From positions 7,908-71,907 of the forward strand of contig CALOBR010000015.1 of assembly GCA_942491665.1 (NCBI GenBank): 64,000 nucleotides of DNA, in the 5' to 3' direction. The notes under the pieces are model-generated. The model had not been told where the DNA came from. It made no database searches and worked only from the letters and a program-made list of their open reading frames with translations. Source of the DNA: Jiangellales bacterium (GTDB lineage: Bacteria; Actinomycetota; Actinomycetes; Jiangellales; Jiangellaceae). Below are positions 10,181-20,272 of the stretch, piece by piece. How positions within the stretch are numbered: position 1 is the first letter of the stretch; each line of letters begins with the position of its first letter. The translations under genes and the position numbers were made by a program.

Positions 10181-11638
10181 TTACTCCACCAGTTCGATCT
10201 GGCTGGGGCGCCAGGTCTGGTCGAGCCACGGCTCGAGCGGCCCGTACATGCGCAGGGCGATCAACCAGCTCTTGCCAGGAATAGTCTGGAGCCAGTTCCC
10301 TTCCCAGCCTTCCGGTGCCGTTGGGCCGAAGTAGATGTCGTAGGAACCGTCTGGGTTCGCCTTCATGCCCTTGTCCTGGCTACCGACCGTCGGGAACTGC
10401 TGATCAGTCTGCAATTGTGAGCGAGTCTGGGTGTCGTAGATCGTGACCGCCCAGAAGTCCTTGACCGGCACGTCCTTCGGCAGATGCAGCTTGTAGGTCT
10501 TGGACCCGTCGACAGCCTTGTGCCTCGAGTCGAGCGTCCCGATCGTGTACGACGACCCGGTTCCTGGCTTCGGCACACCCATGGCCGGCGACACGCAGAT
10601 GCAGTTGTAGTGGTACCACGCCCGGGCGTCGAGCACCCGTGCGCCTTCGTTCTCGAAGAAGCAGTTGTTGTCTGCATAGACGTTCAGCCAGTCGGCCGTG
10701 CTGTCCTGATACGTGCGCTGGCCGAGATACCGCGGGTAGAACATGATTGCACGAGCCGCCGCGTTTCCGATCGCCGCAGCGTCGGCGAGAATCTCCTTCA
10801 TCCGCTCGTCCGGCTTGAAGGGCTGGCCCTTGACGATGCCGATCGCCGCCATGCGGCCGGCGCGCTCCGGATCGAGAAAGCCGACGGCTTCGCCCTGGAT
10901 GAGTTCGTTCAGCTTCTCGAAGTAGGTGTCGTCGTTCGGAACCACCGTGTTCAGGTTGTTGCCGGAGACGTTCACGAACTCCATCGCGGGCGGGTTGTCC
11001 GCCTTCGAGAGCGGATAGACCTTGAGGTGATCTCTGATGTTGTCGGATGCTGCCTTGATGCCGTGCGTCAGATAGCCGCGCATGAACAGCCACACGCCGT
11101 ACGACTTCGACTTGACGACGTAATAGCCGGCCGGAACATCACCCTTGTAGTCGGGAGGCAGGATGAGGTACTCCCCGCCCTTGCCCTTGTCCGGGCCGGC
11201 GACACCGAGGTCCTGCATATACAGGAACGCCATGTCGTTGAGGATCCCGAGCATGCCGGTCGGCAGGTCGACGACAGTCGGGCCGTCGGTGTCGAGAGCA
11301 AGGAAGCCGACGGCATACATCGTCGACGTGTTGCCGGTGAGCACGAGCGACGTGGAATCCATGAGCGTGTCCCAGATACAGACCTGGTTGCTCGCCTTCG
11401 CTCCCGCGTCAGCCTGGCCTCTGCGCAACTGAGCCATGGACATGAGCGGGATGGAGTCAACGAACACCTCAACAGCGCGGGCACGGTCGAGGTAGTCGTA
11501 CACCGTGGTCACGGTGTCCGATTTCGGAACACCATCGAAGAACTCCAACGTCCCGATTGAGCTGTCCACCGAATCCGGGGTGGTGATCGATGCCGGGATC
11601 GGCGTCGTCATCTTGAAGCTAGGAACCTTGTCGGACAT
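10181..11638 (-). CDS. DUF1254/DUF1214 domain protein, paralog 3
   Basis: 485 aa with GAGAGGAG RBS upstream of the ATG. Collinear with paralog 2 over its entire length. Confidence 0.85.
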   Translation of the reverse strand: MSDKVPSFKMTTPIPASITTPDSVDSSIGTLEFFDGVPKSDTVTTVYDYLDRARAVEVFVDSIPLMSMAQLRRGQADAGAKASNQVCIWDTLMDSTSLVLTGNTSTMYAVGFLALDTDGPTVVDLPTGMLGILNDMAFLYMQDLGVAGPDKGKGGEYLILPPDYKGDVPAGYYVVKSKSYGVWLFMRGYLTHGIKAASDNIRDHLKVYPLSKADNPPAMEFVNVSGNNLNTVVPNDDTYFEKLNELIQGEAVGFLDPERAGRMAAIGIVKGQPFKPDERMKEILADAAAIGNAAARAIMFYPRYLGQRTYQDSTADWLNVYADNNCFFENEGARVLDARAWYHYNCICVSPAMGVPKPGTGSSYTIGTLDSRHKAVDGSKTYKLHLPKDVPVKDFWAVTIYDTQTRSQLQTDQQFPTVGSQDKGMKANPDGSYDIYFGPTAPEGWEGNWLQTIPGKSWLIALRMYGPLEPWLDQTWRPSQIELVE

Positions 11639-11732
11639 GGATATCTCCTCTCGAGGCGCGAGTCGCAGATTCGCTCACGCCGTGGGCGTGCTTGGACTCA
11701 CTCATACTGCGTCCCAACGCCGGCTTGGACAC

Positions 11733-11747
11733 CACCCGAATCGGGTA
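11733..11747 (-). promoter_or_regulatory. YACCC-N5-GGGTG palindrome, site b (minus strand TACCCGATTCGGGTG)
   Basis: 95 nt upstream of the start at 11638. The flank GGGTGGTGTCC resembles site a (GGGTGGTGTGC). Confidence 0.4.
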
Positions 11748-12256
11748 CGACTCACGCTGGGATCGTCCGCACCCGGAGTGGGGGAGAAGGCCTCGCCGTC
11801 CCGCTCCCGTGACAAACCGGCCGGCACGTGTGCTGGTCAGGTGTTCGCCTGTGCCACGGCCTCTTCGAGGAGCCATGTCTGCACGTCGACGTCGCCGCAA
11901 CGCCACGAAGGGACTAGCCACAGTGCCCCTGGCGGGGCGCCCGTTCCGGGGTGAAAATGGGTCCGTGACCGTCCGGTCGACGACGTCGTTCCTATGCTCC
12001 CTCGATGGCGTGGACTAGCCGGGACGTGGAGACCCGCATGTGCCCTTCAGTGATGCGGTGGCTCCGTTCGCCACCAAGCTCGAGAAGTAGATTCGCTTCC
12101 CTGATGGGTCTCTCCGGGCGGTCACCTGACCGATCCATCCGTGAGCAGAAGGAGACACCGGCACCCACACCCACAACGGCATAGGCAACCCAGTTCCCTC
12201 CCGTCGGAACCGACCGGGAGACGGGTGCTTCTGCCCACTCACCTTCCGTTTTCGAA

Positions 12257-12374
12257 GTAGCGGCACATCGGGGCCTCGGTGGGCGGCCCAGCGAGAGTGG
12301 CTGGATCGAGGCGGGTGCCGGTGAGGCTCTGATCACCCTGGAGCGGTGCACGGAGGGCCTCGCGCTGACCGAAG
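12257..12374 (+). pseudogene. internal fragment of a LuxR/LAL-regulator paralog
   Basis: Translates to VAAHRGLGGRPSESGWIEAGAGEALITLERCTEGLALTE. This matches IAHRQGD...GRKSETGFVEAAAGEALIAVERYTEGLALTED of the intact regulator, encoded near 14130-14270. Confidence 0.6.
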
Positions 12375-12467
12375 GATCCCCGGCAAGAGCTGGTTCATAC
12401 TCCTGCGCGCCTACGGGCCACTGGAGCCCTGGATCGACTTGACCCCTGGCGGCCGCGCGAGCTCGAG
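12375..12467 (+). pseudogene. 3'-terminal fragment of a DUF1254/DUF1214 gene (copy of about 6651-6750)
   Basis: Near-identical DNA to the end of paralog 2 (GATCCCCGGCAAGAGCTGGTTCATACTCCTGCGCGCCTACGGGCCACTGGAGCCCTGGATCGAC), followed by a small indel and GGCGGCCGCGCGAGCTCGAG. Confidence 0.8.
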
Positions 12468-12610
12468 CAGATGCGCTGACGAGCCCGCCCCGTGGACCAG
12501 GTCACTGGCCCCTCAGGGCGGCTCGGTGCCGGCGCCTGCTCGGCGGCGGTATGGGCCGCGGCAGACGGCGCCGCTGGGCCTGACGGCGCCGTCTGCCACT
12601 ATGGACCTGG

Positions 12611-15358
12611 GTGGAGTGCCCAACGGAGAAGGCGCGGCCGCGCAGAGGGGGCTTCGTGACCGAGTCGGGCCGTGTGGTCGTGGCTGCGAAGCTGCGCCCG
12701 CCGAGCGTGCCCGGCAACGCTGCTCGTAGGGATCGACTGCACCATCTGCTGGACTCTGTCTTCCACTTCCCCGTGACGTCGGTGACGGCCCCGGCAGGCT
12801 TCGGGAAGTCGTGGTTGGTGGCGTCGTGGCTGAGGGAACACCCCGGGACCCCTCAGGCCTGGGTAACGTTGGACCGGCTCGACGCGGACCCGGTCCGCTT
12901 CTGGTCCCACGTTCTCCAAGCCACGGCACAGTCAACCCTCCCCGATGCCGGGCGCGAAGCGCTCCGTGTGATGGACGCCGCGGATGCGGCGTGGCCGCTG
13001 ATCGTCGACTCGCTCGCGGCGGGACTTGCTGCCCGTCGTGAACACTTCATTCTCGTGCTGGACGAGTCGCAGCGACTTGCCGGGGACGAAGTACTCGCCT
13101 CTCTGACGCAGTTTCTGAGCCAGCTTCCTTCCAACGCTCACGTCATGCTGGTCGGACGGCATGACCCGTCGCTGATGCTGGCCCGGTGGCGCCTGGTCAA
13201 CGAGCTGCTTGAGATTCGCACCCTCGACATGCGGTGCACGCAGCAAGAGAGCGTCGACGTGGTCACGACCTCCTTGGGCCTCGACCTCCCATACGAGGCC
13301 ATCGACGAGGTTCGCGAACGAACCATGGGGTGGATAACCGGCATACGTCTTGCCTCGTCTGCCGCCGCACGACGTGATGACGTCGTGGCTGCGGCGAGAC
13401 AGCTGTCCCCGGTGGGCGCTGTCGCCGGCGCCTATGACGCTTTGGGTGACTATCTCGTCGAGGAAGTGCTGGGCGAGATGGACGGCGAGCTGAGCGACTT
13501 CCTGCTGGACACGTGTGTGCTGACCGAGCTGAATCCGCCGCTGTGCGACGCGGTGTCCCGTCGCCGTGACAGCGCCGAGCGGCTGGATCACCTTGCCCGG
13601 ACCGGCATGTTCACCAGCCGCCTCGAGGGGGTCAATCCGCACTACCGATACGACGACATGTTTCGCGACGCGCTGACCACGCTGCTCTACCGGGGTGGCC
13701 CACAGCGCCCCGCCAGGTCGCACCGCCGAGCAGCCGAGTGGCTGAGTCACGACGGCCAGCTGGTCGACGCGGTCGAGCACGCCGTCAGCGCCAACGACTC
13801 TCGCCTCGCCCAACGGATCCTGGTCGAAGCCACCTCTCCGCTGCTCGCCGCCCGACAGATCGACACTCTGGTCGCCTTGTTCGAGGACGTCGATGCTCTC
13901 GGAGCCGAGCTGGCTCCATCCACCCTGATGTCGTGGGCGGGTGCGGCGCTTTACAGCTCGCGGCCAGCAACCGACATCGATCGCCTGCTTGAGAGGACCA
14001 GGCGCCGGCTCGCGTCCTTGACTCCCGACGAAGAAGCCGAGGCTGCCCGCGACCTGATGGTTAGCGCCGAGCCCTTCCATGAATCGGTCCATGAGTTCCG
14101 GGTCACAGTCGACGCCACCATCGCGCACCGTCAGGGGGACCTCGACCTGGCCCTCGCCGGGCCGAAGCAGTTGAACGGCCGCAAGAGCGAGACGGGGTTC
14201 GTCGAAGCGGCCGCAGGTGAGGCGCTCATCGCCGTCGAGCGCTACACCGAGGGGCTCGCCCTGACCGAAGACTGGCAGCGCTACTGCAACGTGGCCGCAA
14301 ACGACACCATGGGCGTGACCAACCTCGCCCACTGCCTGTCGATCGCTGCGCTCGCCCGCGTGGGCCAAGGCCATCTGGTCGAAGCCGACCAACTCGCCAA
14401 CCGGGCGGTGGAGGCCCTGCGCATGCGGGGTCTGACAGACCGTCCCCAGTACGCCGTAGCAGCGCTACCTACCGGGTGGGTGGCCTGGGAACGCGGTGAC
14501 CTCGCCGCCGCAGGAGGTGTGGGCCGCATGGTCCTGCGCCCTATCAGGCAACTGGGTGAGATACCGGCAGAGGTCTCCGTTCGGATGCTGCTGGCCAGAA
14601 CGTACTGGTCAGCGGGGAACCGGGAAGCCGCCGAGGTTGAGCTCGACAAGTCACTGGCCGTAGGGGGCTCCGGGCCCGTCAGCCGGCACTTGGCCGAGCG
14701 CGTCGCTCTGGAACGTACCCGGTTCGCCCTGCTGTCCGGCGATGTCGCGGGAGCGCAGCTCGCGCTCCCTGATTGGCAAGTCCGAGTGTCAGCCGGCGCC
14801 GCGACCATGCGCGAGTATCTGCTCCTGCACCGGATGCTCCTAGAGATCGACGGTGACGCCGGCCGCCTGGAGGATCTCGCCCTGCCACCGGAGGCAGACG
14901 TGGCCGCCAGCCATCGCATCGAGATTCACAAGCTGGCCGCTCTCGCCGCGCTCGCTCGCCATGACGAGACCCTGGCACTGGATGAGCTGACCGCCGCGAT
15001 GGCCATCGCCGCCCACACCGGCCACCGACAGACGTTCCTCGACGAGCAGTCCGCTTTCGGGGTGCTCCTCGACAACGCGGCAGCGCGAGGCGGCTTGGTG
15101 CTGCGACCCGTGGGCCTGACCGCGCCGGACACGAGCACTCAGGAGCCTGTCGCGGCGCTGGTGGAGCCCCTCACCGAACGCGAGCTGCAGGTGCTCCGGC
15201 TGCTGCCGAGCCACTACTCCTACCGCCAGATCGCAGAGCACCTCTTCGTCTCCCCCAACACCGTCAAGTCGTATGTGAAGTCTGTGTACCGCAAGCTCGA
15301 CGCCGAACGACGCAGCGATGCCGTTGACAAGGCCCGCGCGCTCGGCCTGGTCACCTAG
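12611..15358 (+). CDS. large ATP-binding LuxR-family (LAL/MalT-like) transcriptional regulator 1
   Basis: About 900 aa. N-terminal P-loop-like APAGFGKSWL, a long helical repeat region, and a C-terminal LuxR HTH (LTERELQVLRLL...SPNTVKSYVKSVYRKLD). The start is uncertain; GTG near 12656 is also possible. Confidence 0.85.
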   Translation: MECPTEKARPRRGGFVTESGRVVVAAKLRPPSVPGNAARRDRLHHLLDSVFHFPVTSVTAPAGFGKSWLVASWLREHPGTPQAWVTLDRLDADPVRFWSHVLQATAQSTLPDAGREALRVMDAADAAWPLIVDSLAAGLAARREHFILVLDESQRLAGDEVLASLTQFLSQLPSNAHVMLVGRHDPSLMLARWRLVNELLEIRTLDMRCTQQESVDVVTTSLGLDLPYEAIDEVRERTMGWITGIRLASSAAARRDDVVAAARQLSPVGAVAGAYDALGDYLVEEVLGEMDGELSDFLLDTCVLTELNPPLCDAVSRRRDSAERLDHLARTGMFTSRLEGVNPHYRYDDMFRDALTTLLYRGGPQRPARSHRRAAEWLSHDGQLVDAVEHAVSANDSRLAQRILVEATSPLLAARQIDTLVALFEDVDALGAELAPSTLMSWAGAALYSSRPATDIDRLLERTRRRLASLTPDEEAEAARDLMVSAEPFHESVHEFRVTVDATIAHRQGDLDLALAGPKQLNGRKSETGFVEAAAGEALIAVERYTEGLALTEDWQRYCNVAANDTMGVTNLAHCLSIAALARVGQGHLVEADQLANRAVEALRMRGLTDRPQYAVAALPTGWVAWERGDLAAAGGVGRMVLRPIRQLGEIPAEVSVRMLLARTYWSAGNREAAEVELDKSLAVGGSGPVSRHLAERVALERTRFALLSGDVAGAQLALPDWQVRVSAGAATMREYLLLHRMLLEIDGDAGRLEDLALPPEADVAASHRIEIHKLAALAALARHDETLALDELTAAMAIAAHTGHRQTFLDEQSAFGVLLDNAAARGGLVLRPVGLTAPDTSTQEPVAALVEPLTERELQVLRLLPSHYSYRQIAEHLFVSPNTVKSYVKSVYRKLDAERRSDAVDKARALGLVT

Positions 15359-15436
15359 CTCATCGCCGGGAGGCCGAGACCATCGCCCGCGATGCCGTGC
15401 TGCTTGGACGGCACTGACGGCTGACCTGGCCAGCCT

Positions 15437-15451
15437 CACCCCATTCGGGTG
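15437..15451 (+). promoter_or_regulatory. YACCC-N5-GGGTG palindrome, site c (CACCCCATTCGGGTG)
   Basis: 78 nt upstream of ATG 15529. Confidence 0.4.
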
Positions 15452-15528
15452 TAGCCATCCCTCTCAGAATGGCCCACGATGGGTGGGCAGCGGGCGTCAC
15501 CTGCGCCGCATGAGACTGGGAGGACCCC

Positions 15529-16893
15529 ATGAACGCTATGACCGCCCACGATCGCGTCGCGGCCGGGAAGCAGGCTCGCTCGTCTGTTCCGCGATCCAGT
15601 CACGGCGACTGGTCCCCAGCCGCTGGCCGCATCGATCCGGTGACGCTGCTCACCGCTCAGGACGAGGAACGACTGCAGTGGCTCGTTCCTGTCCGACACG
15701 GCCGCATGGCCGACTCGGCGTTCACCTTCTACCGAGGCGCCGCTGCGATCATGGCTCAAGACCTGGCCACGACACCGTCATCAGGCATCTCAGCCCAGCT
15801 GTGCGGGGACGCACATCTGGCCAACTTCGGCTCCTTCGCCTCCCCCGAACGGCAGCAGGTCTTCGACATCAACGACTTCGACGAGACGCTGCCTGGACCG
15901 TGGGAGTGGGACGTCAAACGGATGGCCACAAGTTTCGTGCTGGCCGCACGCGACAACGGCTACCCCGAGCAGCAGGAGGCGCTGGCGGCCGCGTCCGTCG
16001 CCGGGTATCGCGCGGCGATGGCGCGGTTCGCGAGCGCCCCGACGATGGACGTCTGGTACGCCCAGTTCGACCTGGACATGCTGATGAAGGCCACGTCCGC
16101 CAAGGCAGACCGGAAGCGGATCAAGAGGAGCGCCAAGTCCGCCCGCAAGCGCAACAGCGAGAAGGCCCTCACCAAGCTCAGCGAGACAGTGGACGGCACG
16201 TTGCGAATCCGGTCCCAGCCGCCGCTGCTGGTACCGCTGCGCGACCTGGCCGACCACATGGACGTCGAGAAGTATCGGGCGTGGATCGAGGCGAGTTTCC
16301 ACGCCTACGACGCGAGCATCCAGTCCGATCGCGCGCACCTGCTGCGCCGGTTCCAGATCCGAGACATCGCTCTGAAGGTGGTTGGCGTCGGCAGCGTCGG
16401 CACCCGCTGCTTCGTGGTACTGCTCACTGGGCGAGACCACGGTGAGCCGCTGTTCCTGCAGGTCAAGGAGGCCGTGGACTCCGTGCTCGAGGCCTACCTG
16501 CCATCCAGCGAGTACAGCGAGCACGGCGAGCGGGTCGTCGCCGGGCAGCGTGTTCTGCAGGCCAGCAGCGACATCTTCCTCGGCTGGTCGGCCGTCCAGG
16601 GCGGGCACCACTACTACTGGCGGCAGTTCCACGACATGAAGGGGTCCGCCGACGTCACCACCATGACACCGGACCAGCTGGCCTCCTACGCCCGCGTCTG
16701 TTCATGGTCGCTGGCGCACGGCCACGCACGCTCCGGCGACGCATTGGCCATCAACGCCTACCTCGGCCGCGGTGCCGCGTTCGACAAGGCGTGCGGCCGG
16801 TTCGCGGTGGCCTACGCCGACCAGAACGAGAAGGACTATGAAGAGTTCACCCAAGCCATCGCCGACGGACGCATCGAGACGAGCGCGGGGTAG
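15529..16893 (+). CDS. DUF2252 domain protein
   Basis: Family-typical N-terminal region (RHGRMADSAFTFYRGAAAIMAQDLA...QLCGDAHLANFG-FASPERQQVFDINDFDETLPGPWEWDVKR). Confidence 0.85.
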   Translation: MNAMTAHDRVAAGKQARSSVPRSSHGDWSPAAGRIDPVTLLTAQDEERLQWLVPVRHGRMADSAFTFYRGAAAIMAQDLATTPSSGISAQLCGDAHLANFGSFASPERQQVFDINDFDETLPGPWEWDVKRMATSFVLAARDNGYPEQQEALAAASVAGYRAAMARFASAPTMDVWYAQFDLDMLMKATSAKADRKRIKRSAKSARKRNSEKALTKLSETVDGTLRIRSQPPLLVPLRDLADHMDVEKYRAWIEASFHAYDASIQSDRAHLLRRFQIRDIALKVVGVGSVGTRCFVVLLTGRDHGEPLFLQVKEAVDSVLEAYLPSSEYSEHGERVVAGQRVLQASSDIFLGWSAVQGGHHYYWRQFHDMKGSADVTTMTPDQLASYARVCSWSLAHGHARSGDALAINAYLGRGAAFDKACGRFAVAYADQNEKDYEEFTQAIADGRIETSAG

Positions 16894-17017
16894 GCAGACC
16901 GTGTCCCACCCTGGGGCGTTCTCGGTATGCGGGGACGGCTTGTCGGTCGGCCGTTGCACGGGCGCCCCGGTCACCCCGGACTACCCTGGCCATCGCGACT
17001 GAGGAGGAAGGACAGCC

Positions 17018-17332
17018 ATGGCGCCGCTCGGTTCCGGCACCGATCCGACTTCGACACAGGGTGACGGACTGCGGATGGCCGTCAAGATCGCCGTTGTCGA
17101 GAGCGCGGCGTCGTGGCTGGTGCGCCGGGCGATGGAGTCGGGCTACCGGGCGGCGACTGGACAATCGCCACCGACCGCCCGAGACCAGGGCATCCCACTT
17201 CGGCGCATCCTCGTGTGGGCGAGCGCATCGGCAGCGGGGGTCGCGGTCGCCAACGTGGTGGCTGACCGCATCGTTCTGCGTCACGAGTCGTCGCCCGGCG
17301 GTGATGGCCGGTTCGTGCCGGAACTGGATTGA
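17018..17332 (+). CDS. small protein, DUF4235-like
   Basis: Strong RBS GAGGAGGAAGG lies 6 nt before the ATG. 104 aa with a helix-linker-helix pattern. The family assignment is tentative. Confidence 0.45.
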   Translation: MAPLGSGTDPTSTQGDGLRMAVKIAVVESAASWLVRRAMESGYRAATGQSPPTARDQGIPLRRILVWASASAAGVAVANVVADRIVLRHESSPGGDGRFVPELD

Positions 17333-17565
17333 GCGAGTCGACTCGCAGCGATCGACTGGGGAGCGACGTCACCGGACGACGGGAGGCCCCTCCTGGCCAA
17401 CGTGCTCGAGCCCGAACATCGGATGCTCATCCGTGGCGCGGAGATCCCGTCCGTGGGGCTACGTCTGGCGTTCCGCAGCTGTGGTGCCGGACGGTGGCAT
17501 GGAATGGCGGGTTTGCCTGCGGGAACGCAGGTTCGGCTGGTGACACGGCGTGTCACTACCGGGCC

Positions 17566-17751
17566 ATGGGCTTCCCCGGAGCGGAGGACCTGGGCAACAT
17601 GTTCCCGTTCTACCGCGACTTCGACGACTACTTCGTCGGCGAACGCGACCTGACCCTGGTCCGGCAGCTCAACCCCGAGCTGATGTCCTTCCGAGACTGG
17701 CTCGCCGCCCACGCCCACCAGATCCCCATCCCACCCGCCGAGGACGCGTAA
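17566..17751 (+). pseudogene. C-terminal remnant of an NmrA-family gene
   Basis: MGFPGAEDLGNMFPFYRDFDDYFVGERDLTLVRQLNPELMSFRDWL matches the conserved NmrA-like tail. No N-terminal Rossmann part is present upstream in any frame. Confidence 0.6.
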
Positions 17752-18068
17752 CCCTCCCACCCACAGCCGCGAGCAGGACGCTGCGCGGCGAAGTGGGGCT
17801 GGTGGCGGTGGCGGGAACGGCAACTCGCTCCGCCCGCCCTTGTAGACGGTGATGACGCCGGCGCGATCAAGGACGATCATTCTCTGGCCGAGGTGCGTCT
17901 GCGCCCGGAGGTAGGGCAGGGTTGACGTTCTGCATGTGCCGATTTCTGGGGAAGGCTGCGGCTGTCGGCCCGCCTCCGGCTTGACCACCTGCAAGACCGG
18001 GCCGCCCTTGACGCGGGCCGTGGAGTCGAACTTGACTCTGGACGATGCCTCCTTGGAAGGGAGCGGAG

Positions 18069-18446
18069 ATGAATGAGCCGGTACGCAAGCTGACCGACGC
18101 CGAGCTGCGTGAAGCGCAGGGAACCCCGGGATTGACGCGCCGAACGGCATTCGAGGGTGATGGGCATTGGTTCGGGCACGTAGAGGCGGCTCCCGTGACC
18201 ATGTCCGGGTGGCACCACCACGGCGACAACGTGACGATGGGATACGTGCTCAAGGGAAGTGTCACACTGGAGTTCGGCCCTGGTGGGAGCCAGCAGGTCG
18301 ACGTCGGCGAGGGCGAGTACTTCGAGGTACCCAAGAACACGGTGCACCGCGAAGGCAACACCTCGCCGCAAGTCGGCGAAGTGGTGATCTCGCGAGTGGG
18401 CGAGGGGCAGCTCGTGTTTCCCGTCGACGGGCCAGACGCGACCTGA
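18069..18446 (+). CDS. cupin domain protein
   Basis: ATG 18069 follows GGAAGGGAG. Cupin motifs G-HHHGD and GEYFEVP-NTVH-EGN are present. Confidence 0.8.
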   Translation: MNEPVRKLTDAELREAQGTPGLTRRTAFEGDGHWFGHVEAAPVTMSGWHHHGDNVTMGYVLKGSVTLEFGPGGSQQVDVGEGEYFEVPKNTVHREGNTSPQVGEVVISRVGEGQLVFPVDGPDAT

Positions 18447-18816
18447 CTCACCTGCTCGCTTGCCCCCGACAACGGCCCGGTCGCCGACTCGCGGAGTCCC
18501 AGCTGAGCACCGCGGCGTCGGGATCGCGGCTGGGAACCGCGGCGGGGAACCGAAGACTCGCGTTGCCGCACAGCACTGGCCCTGCTGCGCTCCGGGCCGC
18601 TGTGGTGCCCGCCCCACGGCACCCGACAGGGTCACCTCGGCCTGGGGCGCGGTGTTTGCATTGCTGCTGGTCCGGTGCGTCTTTCGGCATTGCAGTCTCC
18701 GTCCCTTCGCGTGATCGCTGCCACCCTTCGCCCTGTGACCGGCTCTCCCGGACTCCGTGGGAGGTCGTGACTCCTGCGACTACTACGGCGGCTCCGCGCC
18801 ACCCCGCGACACCTTC

Positions 18817-19215
18817 GTCACCTCCTACGTCCCCTACATCGGTGCCCTGGTCTCCGGGGCGTTCGCCGTGCTCATCGCCCTCGGTTCGGGTGGGGTGACG
18901 CAGGCCGCGATCGTGCTCGCCGTCATCCTGCTGGTTCAGAACGTGCTCCAGCCGGTGCTGCAGAACAAGATGACCGCCGAGGAGCTGGACCTGAACCCGG
19001 CCGTCAGCTTCGGCTCGACGATCGTTGGTGCAGCGTTCGCCGGCGTTCTCGGGGCCACCCTCTCCGCCCCGGTACTGAGCATGATGATGCGCATCGCGGA
19101 GCGCGTTCGTGCCTACCAAGCAGGAGCGCTAGTCATGCCCAGTGAGGCGTCGGGCCCGCCCAGCAGTTCGATGTCAGCGAAGCGAGCCAATGCGGAGCCG
19201 GCATCGCCCGGATGA
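18817..19215 (+). pseudogene. C-terminal third of an AI-2E (PerM/UPF0118) family transporter
   Basis: VTSYVPYIGALVSGAFAVLIAL...LLVQNVLQPVLQNKM...LNPAVSFGSTIVGAAFAGVLGATLSAPV matches the family C-terminus. The roughly 250 N-terminal residues are absent. Confidence 0.6.
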
Positions 19216-19228
19216 GGTGGCCGCGGAC

Positions 19229-19243
19229 TACCCGAATCGGGTG
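19229..19243 (+). promoter_or_regulatory. YACCC-N5-GGGTG palindrome, site d (TACCCGAATCGGGTG, then AGGCC)
   Basis: Lies between the AI-2E remnant and the membrane-protein ORF that can start at GTG 19271. Confidence 0.35.
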
Positions 19244-19270
19244 AGGCCGGGGGGTTCGCGGCCAGCCACC

Positions 19271-20100
19271 GTGTGGAGGTGGCTTCTGTCCTCTGATGCC
19301 TTTCGGGCCGCGTGGGACGCCTCGCTTGCCGCCGGCCACCGGGTGACGATCGGGATCCTCTCCGGGTCGGACACCACGGCGATCGAGAACACCGACGGCA
19401 CCGTCGTGCTGAACCTGACTCCGGTCGTGAACTCCCTTGTCGCCGAAGGAGCGGGCTTCTTGTCCGGGCTGCTCGACCGGGACGTCAACGCGCCTGAGCT
19501 CACCAGCGACGACATCGACGCAGCCATCGCGGCCCTGGAGCAGCAGCTCGGGACCGACCTGCCGGCTGACTTCGGTCAGGTCGTGCTGTTCCAGTCCGAC
19601 GACCTGGCGGCAGCCCAGCGGGCCTACCAGGTGGCGAGGACGTCGGCGTGGCTGGCGCCGCTGGCCGCCCTGGTCATGGTGCTGATTGCGCTCGCCGTGG
19701 CGCCGAACCGGGTGCGGGCCGCCCTGGGGATAACGATCGGCGTCGCACTGGGCATGCTTCTGGTAGCGATAGCCCTTCAGCCCCTGCAGTCGACCCTGCT
19801 GAGCGCGGTCGCCGACGACGGGCTGGCGAACGCCCTGGCAGCCGGCTTCTCGACGGTGCTGTCGTCGCTGCTCAGCGGGATCGTCCTGATTACCGTGCTC
19901 GGCGTCGTCGCCGCAGCGCTGACGTTCCTCACCGGTCACTCATCGGCAGCAGCGCGAAGCCGCGAGGTCGTGGGCCACTCGCCCTCGCTGGCCGCGGCAC
20001 ACCGCGGCGCGTTCCTTGTCGGGGGCTTCGTCGTGGTCCTTCTGGTTCTGGCGCTCATCCCGGGGCAGAGCTGGGGTCGCGTCGGCTTCGGCCTGCTGCG
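19271..20100 (+). CDS. integral membrane protein of unknown function; boundaries unresolved, possibly truncated
   Basis: Several clear TM helices (LAPLAALVMVLIALAV, ITIGVALGMLLVAIAL, GIVLITVLGVVAAALTFL, FLVGGFVVVLLVLAL). There is no in-frame stop before the next gene. The last roughly 60 codons before 20273 are Arg/Pro-rich and look non-coding. Confidence 0.35.
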
Positions 20101-20180
20101 CCCGCGTCTACCGATGCCGAGCCCGCCGATGCCGAGTCCGCAGAGGACCGATCGACCTAGCGGGCGACAAGGCAGATATC

Positions 20181-20195
20181 ACCCCCTGAGGGGGA
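20181..20195 (+). promoter_or_regulatory. YACCC-N5-GGGTG-like palindrome, site f (CACCCCCTGAGGGGG, then AGGCC)
   Basis: 78 nt upstream of ATG 20273. Its presence argues that 20273..20680 is its own transcription unit. Confidence 0.35.
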
Positions 20196-20272
20196 GGCCT
20201 CCACGACGGTGCACGGCGATGCTGGGAGCACGCGCCCGACAATGGGTCGAGTCCAGCCGAGAGGGACAAGCA

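Noticed and set aside
12334-12348. An additional palindrome-like site, CACCCTGGAGCGGTG.
   Set aside because: It lies inside the LAL-regulator pseudogene fragment and simply corresponds to codons ..ITLERC.. homologous to the intact gene. It is not an independent regulatory site.
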